Assembly: GCA_002189035.1 (NCBI GenBank)
Contig: NEEC01000010.1
Location: forward strand, 124,001 to 188,000
Length of the DNA stretch: 64,000 nucleotides
Direction of reading: 5' to 3'
DNA from: Utricularia gibba
Lineage: Eukaryota > Plantae > Magnoliophyta
The notes beneath the pieces were generated by a model, which worked only from the letters and a program-made list of their open reading frames with translations, did no database searches and had not been told where the DNA came from. Shown piece after piece: positions 50,949-64,000 of this stretch. Positions within the stretch are counted from its first letter, which is position 1. Each line of letters starts with the position of its first letter. The position numbers and the translations under genes are program-made.

Positions 50949-52989
50949 GGTTCAGGAAAAGTAGTGCAAAACCTTCCAACTCCAATTGCTCACATAATCA
51001 TAACAACTGGTATAATGGAGTCTCTGAACCCCAACTGGTAGACAGAAAAAGTATTGTACGCCTCATCTACCCCAATCCGATGAAAGGGACTCTTCTTACC
51101 CAACCATCTTCATCTTCTCCGTGCTGAGCGCCATTGAAAAAAAAAAAAAAAAAACCTTCTCCGAGCTGAGTTTTATCTCCAGCCTGAATAATTCGGCGTT
51201 GCAGCATGTTCCTGCTACGGTTGATTTATTTGGTTGGGTCAATTGTGAGATTCCTTTGGATCCAAGGGCCCAGTCTAAGTCAGCGGAAATACTATTTTAA
51301 CTAAATATATATGACCTTTTCATTATTTGTACATCAAATGTGTTCTAAATATTAAATGTTCCTGCTTCGGTTGATTAAATATTTTTTTACATCAAATGTG
51401 ATATATTAAGGTGTATGTGCATATATATCAATCACCAAATAAAAAATGTTATTGAAACTCTAAATATGTTTAATGATTTTATCCCAAATATATATAATTT
51501 GATTCACTTCATATATGTTTAGATATTTATATTTAGTATACTAAACATGATATATGCTTGTTCCCAAATTATATAGTAAAAGTTTTCAACTCTAAATGAG
51601 CTTCACATCTCGGTATCCAATCTCTTCCTCAAAATCCTTTTCTTATGAGTTTGTGTTCAGTTTATCTAAATTATTAGGCTAAAAATAATATTAAATATAA
51701 AACACTTATCAAATAGCACGCGAATCATAAACCCAATTAAACTCATGTATTAAATAGAGCATGCCGTACGCACATGAGCAAACCCACTTACAAAATGTTA
51801 AAAGTTTACACAAATATTTTTTTATAAAATAGTTTTTTTTTATTTTATCATTAATTGATTTAAAAAATATAAATATAAATATAAATACTAAGATATTTAT
51901 TAGTGAAATTATTTGTTTCATGTAATATATTTAATATTTTAATAAATTTAGTTTTTTTGTATCTTTATGAATAAATATGAATTAAATTAATAATTTAATC
52001 TATATTATGTTTTCTAATTTAAGTGTTAACATCATCATGATGGAATAAATCAAATCTAATATATATAAAATCGATAAACGACAACATATGAGGAGAGGAC
52101 ATTGTGAATCAATATTGGCATCTACAATCTTTAGATTTACGGTGTAGTTTGTATTATTTATTCATTGTGAATCAATATTGTGATCTGTATGGTTTAATTT
52201 TTTTACTCATGATTTAAAGTAAAAATTAAAAAAAAAACTATTTATAAGTTAATTCAACTTTTATTTTTTTTAACTTCAACTTCTACTTTTATTTATTAAC
52301 TACTTATTATATTTTACACTACAATCAATTTATTTGTTTACTAAGTAGAGGCTTATTGAAAAATTTTCCAAACCCTACTCTTTCTAGAGAATAGCACTTT
52401 CCATTTGGCACCATGATTCATAATAAAAATGGGTTATGCATTTACGTTCGCACCTTGAAGTAATTTGACATTTATGAATGATGTTCTTTTCTCTTATTTT
52501 GAAGAAAAATATTATTGTTAAGTTATTATATATTTTTACATTGTGTTTTTGTATATTGTTGTCCAAAAATTGTAGAAAGCAAAGTTGCTGTGTGATGGAA
52601 GATTTCCATGCGAAAAGGACATTAATTTCATAACTTATGTATAAGCATGAATCATGGTGGGTGGAACACTGACATTACATACTTTATAATATGTCAAAAT
52701 TTATTGTGATAATTAGAAAGGTTGCTTGCACGAATGAAAAAGTTTAATGCACAAGAAAGATAGAAAAAATGAAAAAATTTTAGCATGTGAATTAAAGTAG
52801 ACTTCGAATTCATGAGATAAAAATTTTCACATTTTCACATTTTTCCTACTTTTGTTCTTCCTCTCCTCATCGCAAGAAGTCTTTTATTTTTCCATTTTCA
52901 TTTCTATTTATCATGGCAATTTGTGGCAAGTTGTTTTTAATTTTTGAGAATTAATGAATTTTCATTCAATATCTTAAGCACAAACTCTT

Positions 52990-53330
52990 GGTTATTTATT
53001 GAATCTCTTTTGGATTTTGTATATTTTCACGTATAATATTACAATCTTTCTATAATACCTATTAATCATGGTCCATGAGCAGTTGGTTACTATTTGCAAA
53101 TTTTGATGCAAAGCAAGATGAATATTATCACTTCTAACCCTATTGATTTCAAGAAGATAGAGAATTATATGTGATCGAGTTATTTCGTTAATGGATAAGT
53201 AGAAATTTCGTATCATGGCTATTGACCATTGATAGCAACTAGACATAAACATAGAATTCATTTCTGAAGTCAATTGACAACAATTGTCTTGTACTCAATT
53301 GTCTAAAAGGGAACAACCTAAGACTATTTT
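52990..53330 (-). mobile_element. Possible highly degraded FAR1/Mutator-like transposase fragment
   Basis: Weak frame-broken similarity (VAINGQ, NE..., FLKSIG, IVT) to the MULE catalytic domain, by eye only. Confidence 0.25.
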
Positions 53331-53685
53331 CATTCATTTTTGTAAAAGAGTGTAACATAGAATAAGATACTCTTTGCTCCTATAACTAGTTAATCGAAAG
53401 AATCCAATGGAAACCGAGCCAATGAAAAACAAATAAAAAAATAGACTCTTTTTTTTTCCAATAATTGCTTTCTTGAATCAAGATCCATTACTTTAATTTC
53501 ATTTCAGGTTTCATTATTTTAAACCACTATGACAAACCTATGAGAATTTGTAATAAGTTAGTACAAAATATTTTTCATAAAAACTTGACTTCCTTAGATT
53601 GATATTCATAGTATGCTTAATTGTGTTTTACGTTTTTATAATAAAAATTTATTAAGGAAAGAGCATGCAACAAGTAGAGGCCAAT

Positions 53686-54436
53686 AGAATCAAATAAATC
53701 TAATTTTATTAACCTTTCAAATGTAGAGTTAAGTTTAAAGTAACTTATAAAACTTAATAAAATAAAATTGAAAAATCATATTGATTGATATGCATTAACT
53801 TAAATCTTCTTGAATGACTTAGTACATTAACATTTTAGAATAAAAAACAAAGTGAGCACACTCCTCTAAAATCTATGAGACATCATATTTTGTATTTAGT
53901 AAAAATAAAGTTGATACTTTGCTATATTGTTACTTGCAATCATAGACCTTTCTAGTATGTTTAATTAAAAAATATAATCAATTGTAACAATGGTGATAGT
54001 GTTTGACCAATATTATTCTAATAAAAAGGGTAATGACATTATATCTGCAAATTACATTTCATAATGATTTATTTCATAGTTGTTTTTAAGTACTCTAGTT
54101 TTGTATTTTTTTTAATTGCTTTTCTTGATGTGTTTCTAATTCTAAATATCTCCCAAAATGAATCCAAAACTATCTATCCAATGCACCATAATTAATCGAA
54201 GATTGATTCAACTCTATATTTACTAAATAGGAAATATGATGTCTTATAGATTTTAGAGGAGTGTGTTCACTCTGTTTTTTATCCTAAAATGTTAATGTGC
54301 TAAGTCGCTCAAGATGATTTAAGTTGATGCATATCAATCAATATGATTTTTCAATTTTATCTTCGTAAGTTTTCCAAGCTACTTTAAACTTAACTCTATA
54401 TTTGAAAGTCTAATAAAATTAGATTTATTTGATTCT
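53686..54436. mobile_element. Foldback / long-TIR non-autonomous element (~228-bp arms, ~90% identical, ~295-bp spacer)
   Basis: 53686-53913 is the reverse complement of 54208-54436 with ~22 mismatches; no TSD identified. Confidence 0.85.
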
Positions 54437-54444
54437 TTTTTAGT

Positions 54445-55420
54445 CTTCAAACATAGAGAGTTGCTTTTTTAGTGAAAAGTGAAGTTATATCGAATACAAC
54501 TGTCATGATTTGTAAATGAGTTTATAAAATAAAAGGTGGTAGAAATGTAAATGATGAAACTTGAGAAAGTGAATTGTAAACAAACAACATAAATGAATTT
54601 GAGCGATAAACTTGAAATAAAGAGAAATTTTTTGGGATTAGAATTCTGCCTAACTACGTTCGTCGCATCTTCATTCTTCTTTGATCTTCTTGAGTATTCG
54701 GTTATAGGAGTAATGTATTGCATACCCTCCCTTACAATCTCTTGCAAGAAAACACGGGAATAGCCTGATGTTGCTCCCCATTGGATGAACGAGAAGATAA
54801 GTGGTCTTGTCACCATACCTTCATGATCGAATTGCATGTGTATACCCGAGTATTACCAATGACCCAATGAGTCCAAATACGAGGTCACTATCTGTCCATT
54901 GATCCTGAAGTACGGCCACAAACAAAACGTTATTTCCTTCCAACTAAATTTGCAGTCAATAATTAGCTAATCATGAATCTTGAATAACGGGGCTATTATA
55001 GAAAAATTGAAACATAATCACAAGGAGACATACGGAATCGATCAGATTTCAAGAAGAAGTGGAGATTGACTAACGAAACGTAGAGTTGGGAGTCTTCCAC
55101 CCCGGAAATAAGAGTTTCTAGCCACAAATGGACCATACAAAATAGGAAAATGAAAGTAATTTCTAGAGAAAAGCTAGAGGAAAATTCTATGAATAAATAA
55201 AACTAAAGTCTAAAACTAGAATTGAAACTGAATTGAAAAATCCTTTTGTCTGAGGCATCGTGTACCACTAATTCTACTATGATCTTGAGTATCTTGGAAG
55301 AGATCTTCTGCTCTGGCAATAGTATACTAATGATTTCTTTTATCAAAGACTCTTATGTACCACACATTAAGGATTATCATTAGGCATTTACATTGTCCTA
55401 GAAATCAAGGAAGAGTCAGT
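54445..55420 (-). mobile_element. Inverted partial Athila-like LTR (family C)
   Basis: Reverse-complement similarity (~70-75%) to ~57800-58810, e.g. ctcttgcaaga, ctgatgttgctcc, atgacccaatgag, catgaatcttgaataa. Confidence 0.8.
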
Positions 55421-55789
55421 TCATGAAGATCTGTTTTGTGACCATGTGATGCTTACTTTCTTACATTTCCTACCACGTGTTCTCCCCTAACAAAATTTAA
55501 ACAAAGCTAGAAAAAATATTAGATAAAACACATGAATTAGGATAATTGCTTTAATCTAAAACTTTTTATTATAAACCCACAATTTGATAATATTTAAGCA
55601 TGAAAAATAACTCAAAAGATGGTGACAAAATCACACTTAACACCTCATCACCATCATCCCCCTATGTCATGTTAACATTGATTTTGGGAGGTTCATTTTT
55701 AGGTTTTTCAATCTTCCTATACTTGCATTGTGATGCAAAATCAATGCCTCTTTTTCTTTTTGATACCATCGTTAGTCGGAACTAAGACA

Positions 55790-56310
55790 ATGTGAGAACC
55801 AGAATCAAACTTTTTCAAGCGAGATTTGTACCTTCCTTCGTCATTCTTGAGGATATTCAAGTGATATTCATGATTGATAGGCTTCTTCACAATTTTCCTA
55901 TACCTTTTTTCAATTGCTATGTGATTGATTAAGTGATCCAATGTCATTTTGCGATTAGATTGATGAATCCGTGCCTTGCAATCATCCCATTTTTTTGGTG
56001 ACTTGTGGATTAATGAATCAGTGATAAACTCCAAAGGAAGATTAATGGTTTGAGCAATCATGTTGTTCAAGAGATGATGGAATTAGTTGATCTCAACAAC
56101 CACCTTCCTGTCATCAAACATCTCTTACTGCAGAAAATTGATGGTTGAAAATTAAGATTCAACAGCCTCCACAACAATGGTTTTAGAATTCTCCACTACT
56201 TGTTTGGTGACATCGAGGCCTTGGGCGACATATGCATATTTGACAATTCAAAGATTCGATTTTTCAAGCATCTAAAGTTTTGGCCATCGAAAGATTTGAT
56301 CTTTCTAGTG
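55790..56310 (-). mobile_element. Ty1/copia gag (UBN2-type) remnant
   Basis: SFDGQNFR and NLPLEFITDSLIHKSPKKWDDCKARIHQSNRKMTLDHLINHIAIE, typical copia gag motifs. Confidence 0.75.
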
Positions 56311-56398
56311 TTAGGGAAATGTCGATCAATGACCAAATGATTCAACGACAATCTTACTTAGTACTTGGGGATAAGTTTAATGTAATTGTAGCATAATG

Positions 56399-58881
56399 TG
56401 ATAACACATTATTTTTTTAATTTTATGATATGAAAATTATAACTTTTTGATTATTTTTTGAGTATTCATTTCATGGTTTTAGCTATTTTGTCAAATTTAG
56501 GAATAGATATGATTTTGTTTGTATATGGACTAAATCAAGATTTATCCCATTCTATATTATTAACTTCTATTTGAGTAGTACTAAGATCTTAAAGTCAAGT
56601 AGGAGCAAGATAGAAATTTCATGCAAGCAACTATTTAGTAGAATGAGAAGCATAGAAAGAGGGGACAATGAGTGAACTTTCGCTGTAGCAAACTGCAAGT
56701 TTGAGGCAGGAATAGTGCAGTTATCAAGAACAATACCTACATTGAAGAAAGAGAAGAAAAAATATTTTGAAAGGGAAAGAATAAAAAAGAGAGAGCTTTA
56801 GTGAAAAATACACAAAAGGAGGCTTCAGCAACGAACAACAAGAGAGAAGAAGGAGATTTTTTCAGAAGGAAGACCTCATACTTGAAGAACAACATAAAAA
56901 AAATTAGTTCAGTGCTAGTGTTCTAGATTATTACTTTGTTTTTTTTAATTTGCTAGAAAATTATTTCTTATGATTGTTTATTTTACGATGTTCATGATAT
57001 TTTTATCAGTTTATTGAAAATTCCTTAAAATATGAAAAGGTGATGCGATTAGGGTTTATGTGATAATCTATTATTATGTACCTTAGCTTTCGTTTCTAGT
57101 ATCTCTAATGTAGATCTAAGGTGAGGGAGGGGGGGGGGGGGGGGATAAATAACAATGCAACTCAAAAGTTTGATGTAGAAGTAGATCAACGAATCAAGAT
57201 AGGTATAGTAGATATTAGTTTTGGGTATAACCATTAGAATCGAGTAGACTTAGTTTTATCTATTTTGCATGCGAGTAGATTTAAGTGTGAAATTGGTGAT
57301 GACATTAGGGATTGATTTAGCCTAAAACATAAGAAACAAGTTAGGTAGACTAGAGTGGTTTAGAGCATGCACATAGACAAAACCTGTATTTATTTTTTCT
57401 ATGTTGAGATATTTGATTTTATTTATTGAATTGTCTAATGCTATTAGTTTGACTTTGGACTAAGAGTCACATTTATTCAATAAACTTGCATCTAATAGAA
57501 ACACATAGCAATTACTTTCTTCTTGATGTTAAGTGTCATTTTCTTACTATCTTTTAGGTCGTTTTTATCTCTAAATATGATTAAAGTTATTTAATTAGAA
57601 GTTTATAATATAAAATTTAAATTTTTATCTAGATTAAAGTAATTTTATTAAATCTTATATTTCATCTAATATTTTTTTTCTAGTTTTATTTAAGTTTTTA
57701 TAGAGGCGAACACGTAGCAGAAAATGGGAGAAAGAAAGCAGCAAGTGGTAAAAAAAAATAGATCTTCCCGAATTGACATCTCCTTGATTTTGGGAAGTAT
57801 GCAGATGCCTAATGATGAGTGTTGATGTGCGGTACATGAGAGTCTCTAATAGATAAAATCATTAGTGTACTAGTGTCAGAGTATAAACTTTCATATAAGT
57901 TACTCCAATTCACAGTAGATCTAAGTGAACACAAAAACTCAAACTTTCATTAAAGTTCACTTCAATTCAGACATTCAGCATTCAATTCCAGTTTTCGTTA
58001 GACTTAGTTTATCTTTCTAGAGTATTTTCCTCTAATTTGTCTCTAGAACTTTGTTTTTATTTTCTTAGTTTGTATTGTGGTTGCGGCTGGAAACTTCTGT
58101 TTCTGGGTTGGGATACTCCCAAATCAATGTTTCATTAGTTGGTCTTCATTTTTTCTTTGAATCTGATCGGGTTCCGTATGTCTTCACACAACTATATTAT
58201 AGTCTTTTTATAACAGTCCCCTTATTCAAGATTCATGGTTAGTTGATCAATACCTGCAAGTTTTGAAGAGGAGCAAGATGAAAAACACCAACTCATGCTT
58301 TTTTAGCAGGAGGGAGATAACATTTTGTCTATAGCCGTACCTTTGAATCAATGGATAGATAGTAACTTGATATTTGGGCTCATTGGGTCATTGACAACAC
58401 TCGAGTACATGCGCACAATTCGACCATGAATGTATAACTGCATGACCTCTTATCTTCACGTTCGTCCAAGGAGGAGCAACATCAGGTTATTCCTGTGCTT
58501 CTTGCAAGAGAGTGTAAGGGAGATAGACAATTTCTTACTCCTATAACTGAGTACTCAAGAGGATCAGAGAAGGGTGGAGATATGACAAATCTAGTTGGGT
58601 AGGATTTCAATCTTGGGAACATTCTCTTTATTTAAGGTTTATCTTTTAAAGTTTATTTTCGTTGTTTGTTTACAATCCTCTTATTTACTTACTCAATCTT
58701 TATAAATTATGTTTCTTGCACCTTTTACTTTACAAACTATTTACAAATCGTGACACTTGTATTCAGTGTAATTTTAACTTTCACTAAAAAACAACTCCTT
58801 GTGTTCGACACCTGTACTACGCTTTTGTGTTTTATAAATTTTAAAAATATTTAAAATTTGTTGTCGAAACGACATTTATCA
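56399..58881 (+). mobile_element. Athila-like LTR, family C (~2.5 kb)
   Basis: Starts TGATAACAC like LTR A and ends ATTTATCA; internal homology to 54445-55420; no matching TSD (TAATG vs ATCAA). Confidence 0.7.
57129..57144 (+). repeat. G16 homopolymer within LTR C
   Basis: Read directly from the sequence. Confidence 0.9.
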
Positions 58882-59848
58882 ATCAATCCCAAAATTCCAT
58901 TATGCATTTTGTATTTAATTTGTATTTTATAAAGATTAAAATTTATATATTTATTTAATAAAAAATATAATTTTATTGCAATGATATTCATAATTCTCAT
59001 TTATGATAGCCACTTCGGAAGCTCAACTCAATCTAACAAATTAGATTTTATGCACATACGAAGCTCAACTCATTCTCAAGTACATTATAGCTAATGAATT
59101 ATTATCTCATATAAACTAAATTAAATAGATTTAAACTAGTAATATAAAATTCTAGACCTTTTTTGTAATACCATATTTCCAACACTTTAATCACTATCAT
59201 TTATCACTTAGTTTAATAATCAAAAGATATGAATGATAGTAGGGCACAATAATCAAATGATTGGGATGTGGGCTGATGACGGAATGATTATTGATGGTAG
59301 TATATAATCGACATATAGAGGTAAATGGTGATAAAAAAAAAAGAAATTTGATAATGAAAATTATTTTTACTACAATGAAAAATAATTATAATTTGATTTA
59401 CTCGATTTTATAATAATAAATATTATTTATATATTATTTTTAAATTATGAAAAGAAACAGTAATTTTTGATAAATTAATTAAGACATTATTTTCATAGTT
59501 ATTACAATTTACAACAGAGCTACGGTGAGCCACCACCCAAAAATAGGTCTGTTCAAATGACGCCATTGCCCCCTACGCTGCGTTAAATCCGTGAAGCCCG
59601 GTACCTTTGGTAAGGTCACGGCCTGAGAGAATCTTCGGCAGCCAGTCTCTCTCATTTGTTCCTTACATTCTAAATTCTGCTCCGCCGCCGCTGCCTGACT
59701 GCCATTTTACAATTTCCATACGGAGGAGTTGGTCTTCGTCTTTTCGAGTTCGATAGGGAATACTGCTGCTCCTTGGTTAAGCGGTGTTAGAGATCTATCT
59801 GTCTGCCATTCAATACACGCTGCTGCTGCAGAAAGAAGTTAGTTAGCA

Positions 59849-62800
59849 ATGTCTTTGTCGGCTCATTACAGTATTGTCATGGCCAGGGCATATGAATTCA
59901 GAAACAGCGGGGTTCAAGTTCGTTTTTTTGTCTCAGTCACTCATATTTCATCAAAATGTAGGATGCCACCACCGTTTACGCGCTAGATGTACTAATTTCT
60001 TCAGGTACTTGTCCCTTCAAGTCGTATTGAATTCAGAACCAGCAGAGTGTTCGCCCGACTATCTGCCCCGGAAGACTATATACCCGCTGCTCCAATATTG
60101 CTGCCTGAAGGGCCATGGCATCAGGTCCGTAAATCGCCACCTTTTGTTGTTGATCTATTTTCTTCGTGCGCAAGAGTGTATGCGATCACTCTATGCGTAA
60201 TTACTGCCGACAGGCTGCGTAATATGCTTCTAAAAATTCTGATGACCGAGTTTATTGCCAGTGCACTCTGTAAGGTTGTTGTAGACGATCATCTTTTCGT
60301 GTTATGCTGACCTTCCACAATACCATGTGTTGCGAATACGATAAGAATCAGAAGCACTTAGCATCGGAATGGCCTTTGAATCTCCTTATAATCTAGAATA
60401 GTTTGGATTTGTGATTCCAGATTGCTGGTGGAGTTACAGCTGCGAAGGGTTTCAAAGCTTCTGGCATGTTTGCCGGCTTGCGTGCTGTTGGAGAGAAGCC
60501 CGATCTTGCGATTGTCACTTGTGATGTTGATGCTATATCTGCAGGTTGTCTTACCTGTTAGATAACTATGGTGGTTTGCTTTATTGTGTCGCTAATCATT
60601 ACGCACATTGTCCAGGCACTTTTACTACTAATATTGTAGCAGCCGCCCCTGTGTTATATTCTAAGCGAGCTATGGAGATATCTGAAACAGTATGTGCCAC
60701 TTGCTTCGAATTCGTAGGCATTTCCTGAATCCTCAACTGAAGTGTGCTGCTCATATTTTAGGCTCGTGCAGTGTTAATAAATGCTGGTCAGGCTAATGCA
60801 GCGACAGTAAGTTTCCTAGTATACGGTTCAGGGTTTAGAACTGGAAGCTTCTTCTGCTATCTTAAAAAGATGATGAAAAAGTTCTAGTGCTTATTTTATT
60901 TTATTGTTTCTTCCCTCGCAACCTAGTCTTGTTGTCACTTGAGATTTTTATAAAGGCCACATTATGAAAGTATTATGTGTTAATACTTTCAATAGGGTGA
61001 TTCTGGCTACCAAGATGTTTTAGATTGTTCTCATGCCCTTGCTCAGGTATCAGATCAAAATACCTTTTAAAAATCCATTGCACAGTTGTCTTTCTAATTT
61101 TTTAATTAATACAGATGCTCCAGATAAAACCAGAGCATGTCTTGATTCAATCCACTGGGGTGATTGGCAAACCCATCAAGAAGGTGAGTTCTTCATTTTA
61201 ACAAAATTAGCAGGCACGGTACCTCATCCTTGTTTGTAAATGCTGGTGCCATGGAACCAAATGCTGTCATCGTTGCCATACAGGAAGCTCTTCTGAAATC
61301 TCTTCCGGATTTGATAAACCTTCTATCATCAGATGTCCAAGGGTACCTATTTGAAATGCCTCATAAACAGATAACTTCAACCCGTTTTTTCAAATATCTT
61401 GTTTTAGAGTTTATTACCTATGTATTTTTTTTTTTTTTGAGGTATAATTTCTAGATTTTTAGGTCAAACTCCGCTGCAGTAGCAATAACCACAACCGATC
61501 TTGTAAGCAAGAGTGTTGCCGTTGAATGCAAGGTGCAGAATTTGTGGTACATGGCCTCCAAGATTATGGTTATTTGGGGACATCATCAATTCGTGCATCA
61601 TGTGCAGATTGGAGGAAGCTCAGTTAGGATTGGTGGTATGGCAAAAGGTTCTGGCATGATTCACCCAAACATGGCAACTATGCTTGGGGTACATTCCTCA
61701 GATATTTTTATTTTTGTTTTTTAGTTTTTTCCCATTTCACATGGTTGAGCTTCTCATAGGTTATAACAACGGATGCTTCAGTGATGAGTGATGTGTGGAG
61801 AGAGATGGTGCGAGTTGCTGTCAACCGAAGTTTTAACCAGATTACTGTAAGTGGCCCATCCCTTACTTCCTTTTGCCTCGTCACTGGCAGTTACCTGATT
61901 GCTAAATATATATTTTTAACCAAGTCTTTTTCTTTTGAAACTTCTTCATTGGGTTGCATAGATATTCCTCCTTTTCATTTTTACTGAACATCATATCCTC
62001 GATATGATCATAAATCCTGGATAGTTTTATGCTAATCGAGCATTGCCTTGGCAGGTGGATGGGGATACGAGTACTAATGATTGTGTAATTGCATTGGCAA
62101 GTGGTCTCTCTGGAGGAAAAGCAATTTCTTCCTTGGTCGATTCAGATGCAGCCAACCTGCAAGCATGTCTTGATGTTGTGAGTTAGCCCATATTGTGATA
62201 TTCTAAGAGGGTGGGGTTGCAATATGTTCCCTAAGAAATTCTTTAACAGGTAATGCAAGGGCTCGCAAAATCAATAGCTTCGGATGGTGAAGGAGCCACA
62301 TGCTTGATTGAGGTCATACTACTACTTTTGTTGCCAAGTATTCTTAATTGAGTTCTCAATTCTGTAAGATCCGGGGGCCTTTCCAATTTTTCCTAGCCAA
62401 GTTCGTATCTTGACACTCAGGCAATTCTTTTTTTTGCCCCCGTTGATCAGTTTTAAACAGTAACCAGAGCTGTGCACATCATAGACGTGATTTGCAGGTC
62501 AAAGTATCAGGAGCGGACACCGAAGCAGAGGCGTCAAAAGTTGCTCGAGCAGTGGCTTCTTCCTCTTTAACCAAGGTCTGACATGCCGCATTTCGATAGT
62601 GTGCTTCTCTCGGTATCACTTTCCTGAGATTTTTGACCGCATTTTGTAGGCTGCGGTATATGGTAGGGACCCCAACTGGGGGCGCATAGCCTGTGCAGCT
62701 GGTAATGCAGGTGTTTTTTTCAATAAAAATAAACTCCAGATATTGCTTGGCGATATCTCGTTGATGGACAACGGCCAGCCACTACCATTTGACCGGTACG

Positions 62801-63110
62801 GCACCTGGATCATATGTTGATGTTAGCCCCTCTTTTAGGCTCTTCTTACAGGATGGTTAAACTCTGTAGGGCATCTGCCAGCAGTTATCTGAGAAAACAA
62901 GGAGAGGTACATGGGACGGTACTGATCCGAATATCTGTTGGTTAGTATGACATTCAGTTCATTTCCATTGACATGCTGAAATCACAAGATGGTGGCCGTT
63001 CCATGAATACAGTTTCCTGCTTTGCAGGTGATGGCCCCGGTAGCGGACAGGCGTGGGGATGTGACCTCAGTTACGATTACGTGAAGATAAATGCGGAATA
63101 TACGACCTGA
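59849..63110 (+). CDS. argJ: Arginine biosynthesis bifunctional protein ArgJ (ornithine acetyltransferase), plastid-targeted, multi-exon
   Basis: [70 protein letters not shown] (autocleavage Thr), [25 protein letters not shown] and [19 protein letters not shown]. Inferred start ATG 59849; exon 1 (59849-59917) splices in frame to 60005. Confidence 0.96.
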
Positions 63111-63507
63111 GCAACAGTGAGATAGATGTCTCCTCCTTGAGAGTTTTTATATTCCGGGGATGTTGTTCGTAGGCCGTCCTGATGATAAGGTGTCATTTTG
63201 ACAAATAAGCATCCTTGCCTGTCTCACTGGCATTGGATGGACACATGCTAGAAGACGATCAGTTTTGTAATTTGTCCTCTGGAAACATCCAACGCATGCA
63301 GCAACGGTTGATAATCCAAGGCAAACCACCTCATACATTGAACACGCTTTTTAGCAAAATGTTTTGGATGACGGCACGCCGACATGCCAGCAGCTACAGA
63401 GGAAAGAAAAGTTGGCAAGCACTCGGACCACATCATACATACGACTTCTTGCAACAATTTATTTAGTTACATACATAGACGGGAACCATAGGGTGGTGCT
63501 GGCTTCT

Positions 63508-63867
63508 TCAGAAAACCATCTCAGCAGCGCACATCTGCGCCTCCAACATCAGTTCTTTACCAGAAACCGCCACGCCACTTTCTTCGTGGAAGGGATTGGC
63601 AACGTAGGAGCGGCTGCTGTTCTTGCACTTCTTCTCTTTACCCTTGCCACCATTCCGAGCAGATTTGGCGCTGCTCTTCTGCTTGTTTCTCCCGGACCTC
63701 TTCCCGGTTCCACGATACCTGTGTGGTTTGCTTGATGGAACATGTGACACGGACGTCGGAATTGGATCGTACACATCAGGCGCCCACGTGACCGTGAGCT
63801 TTTTGGGAGGTAAACCTTGCCTCTCACGGCTGCCTTTCATCGCAGACACGATCGGCTTGAATGAGGC
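63508..63867 (-). CDS. Last exon of an uncharacterised plant protein (SAMKGSR...L.V.WAPDVYDP family); upstream exons lie beyond the window
   Basis: Polypyrimidine-CAG acceptor at 63868-63870; SAMKGSRERQGLPPKKLTVTWAPDVYDP followed by a basic K/R tract. Confidence 0.7.
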   Translation of the reverse strand, partial: ASFKPIVSAMKGSRERQGLPPKKLTVTWAPDVYDPIPTSVSHVPSSKPHRYRGTGKRSGRNKQKSSAKSARNGGKGKEKKCKNSSRSYVANPFHEESGVAVSGKELMLEAQMCAAEMVF

Positions 63868-64000
63868 CTGAAGAATGCGTCATTGTAAGAAAGACACGTT
63901 AAACAAGCCATCAATTATGCACGTCTAGTAAAAACAGACTTAAAGGCCAACTTAAAACCCACAGGAAGCGACAACGATCGGGAGCACAGCTGATCAGATT

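Noticed and set aside
62265-62305. Arg[10 protein letters not shown] instead of plant IAWDGEGAT as an inactivating change
   Set aside because: This position varies among ArgJ homologs, and the DGEGAT and HPNMATML motifs are intact.

Overview
Plant nuclear genomic DNA (compact GT-AG introns, AT-rich intergenic DNA). Host genes: an intronless L-type lectin receptor kinase (+), an AVT1-family amino-acid transporter (+), organellar RNase II/R RNR1 (+), tRNA-Lys(UUU) (-), a GT14/core-2-branching glycosyltransferase (-, with an apparent 1-nt frameshift near its 3' end), a UNC93-like transporter (-), plastid ArgJ (+) and the last exon of an uncharacterised gene (-) that runs off the right edge. Three transposon islands separate them (~5.5-24.8 kb, ~33.8-44.6 kb, ~52.6-58.9 kb). 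They contain decayed Athila-like and Tekay/Del-like Ty3/gypsy elements, Angela-like and other Ty1/copia remnants, a full-length but disabled PIF/Harbinger element nested in an LTR, a tandem-array TRIM, a Tourist-like MITE and a foldback element. The most unusual structure is a ~2.05-kb imperfect palindrome (35700-37754) that sits where the 5' LTR of the Athila element should be. Also notable are a tRNA gene 138 bp downstream of, and on the same strand as, a protein-coding stop codon, and four separate inverted LTR pairs in one window. I found no CRISPR, rRNA or clear viral insertion, and nothing I can confidently call a new biological system. All alignments and identities were estimated by eye and are approximate.
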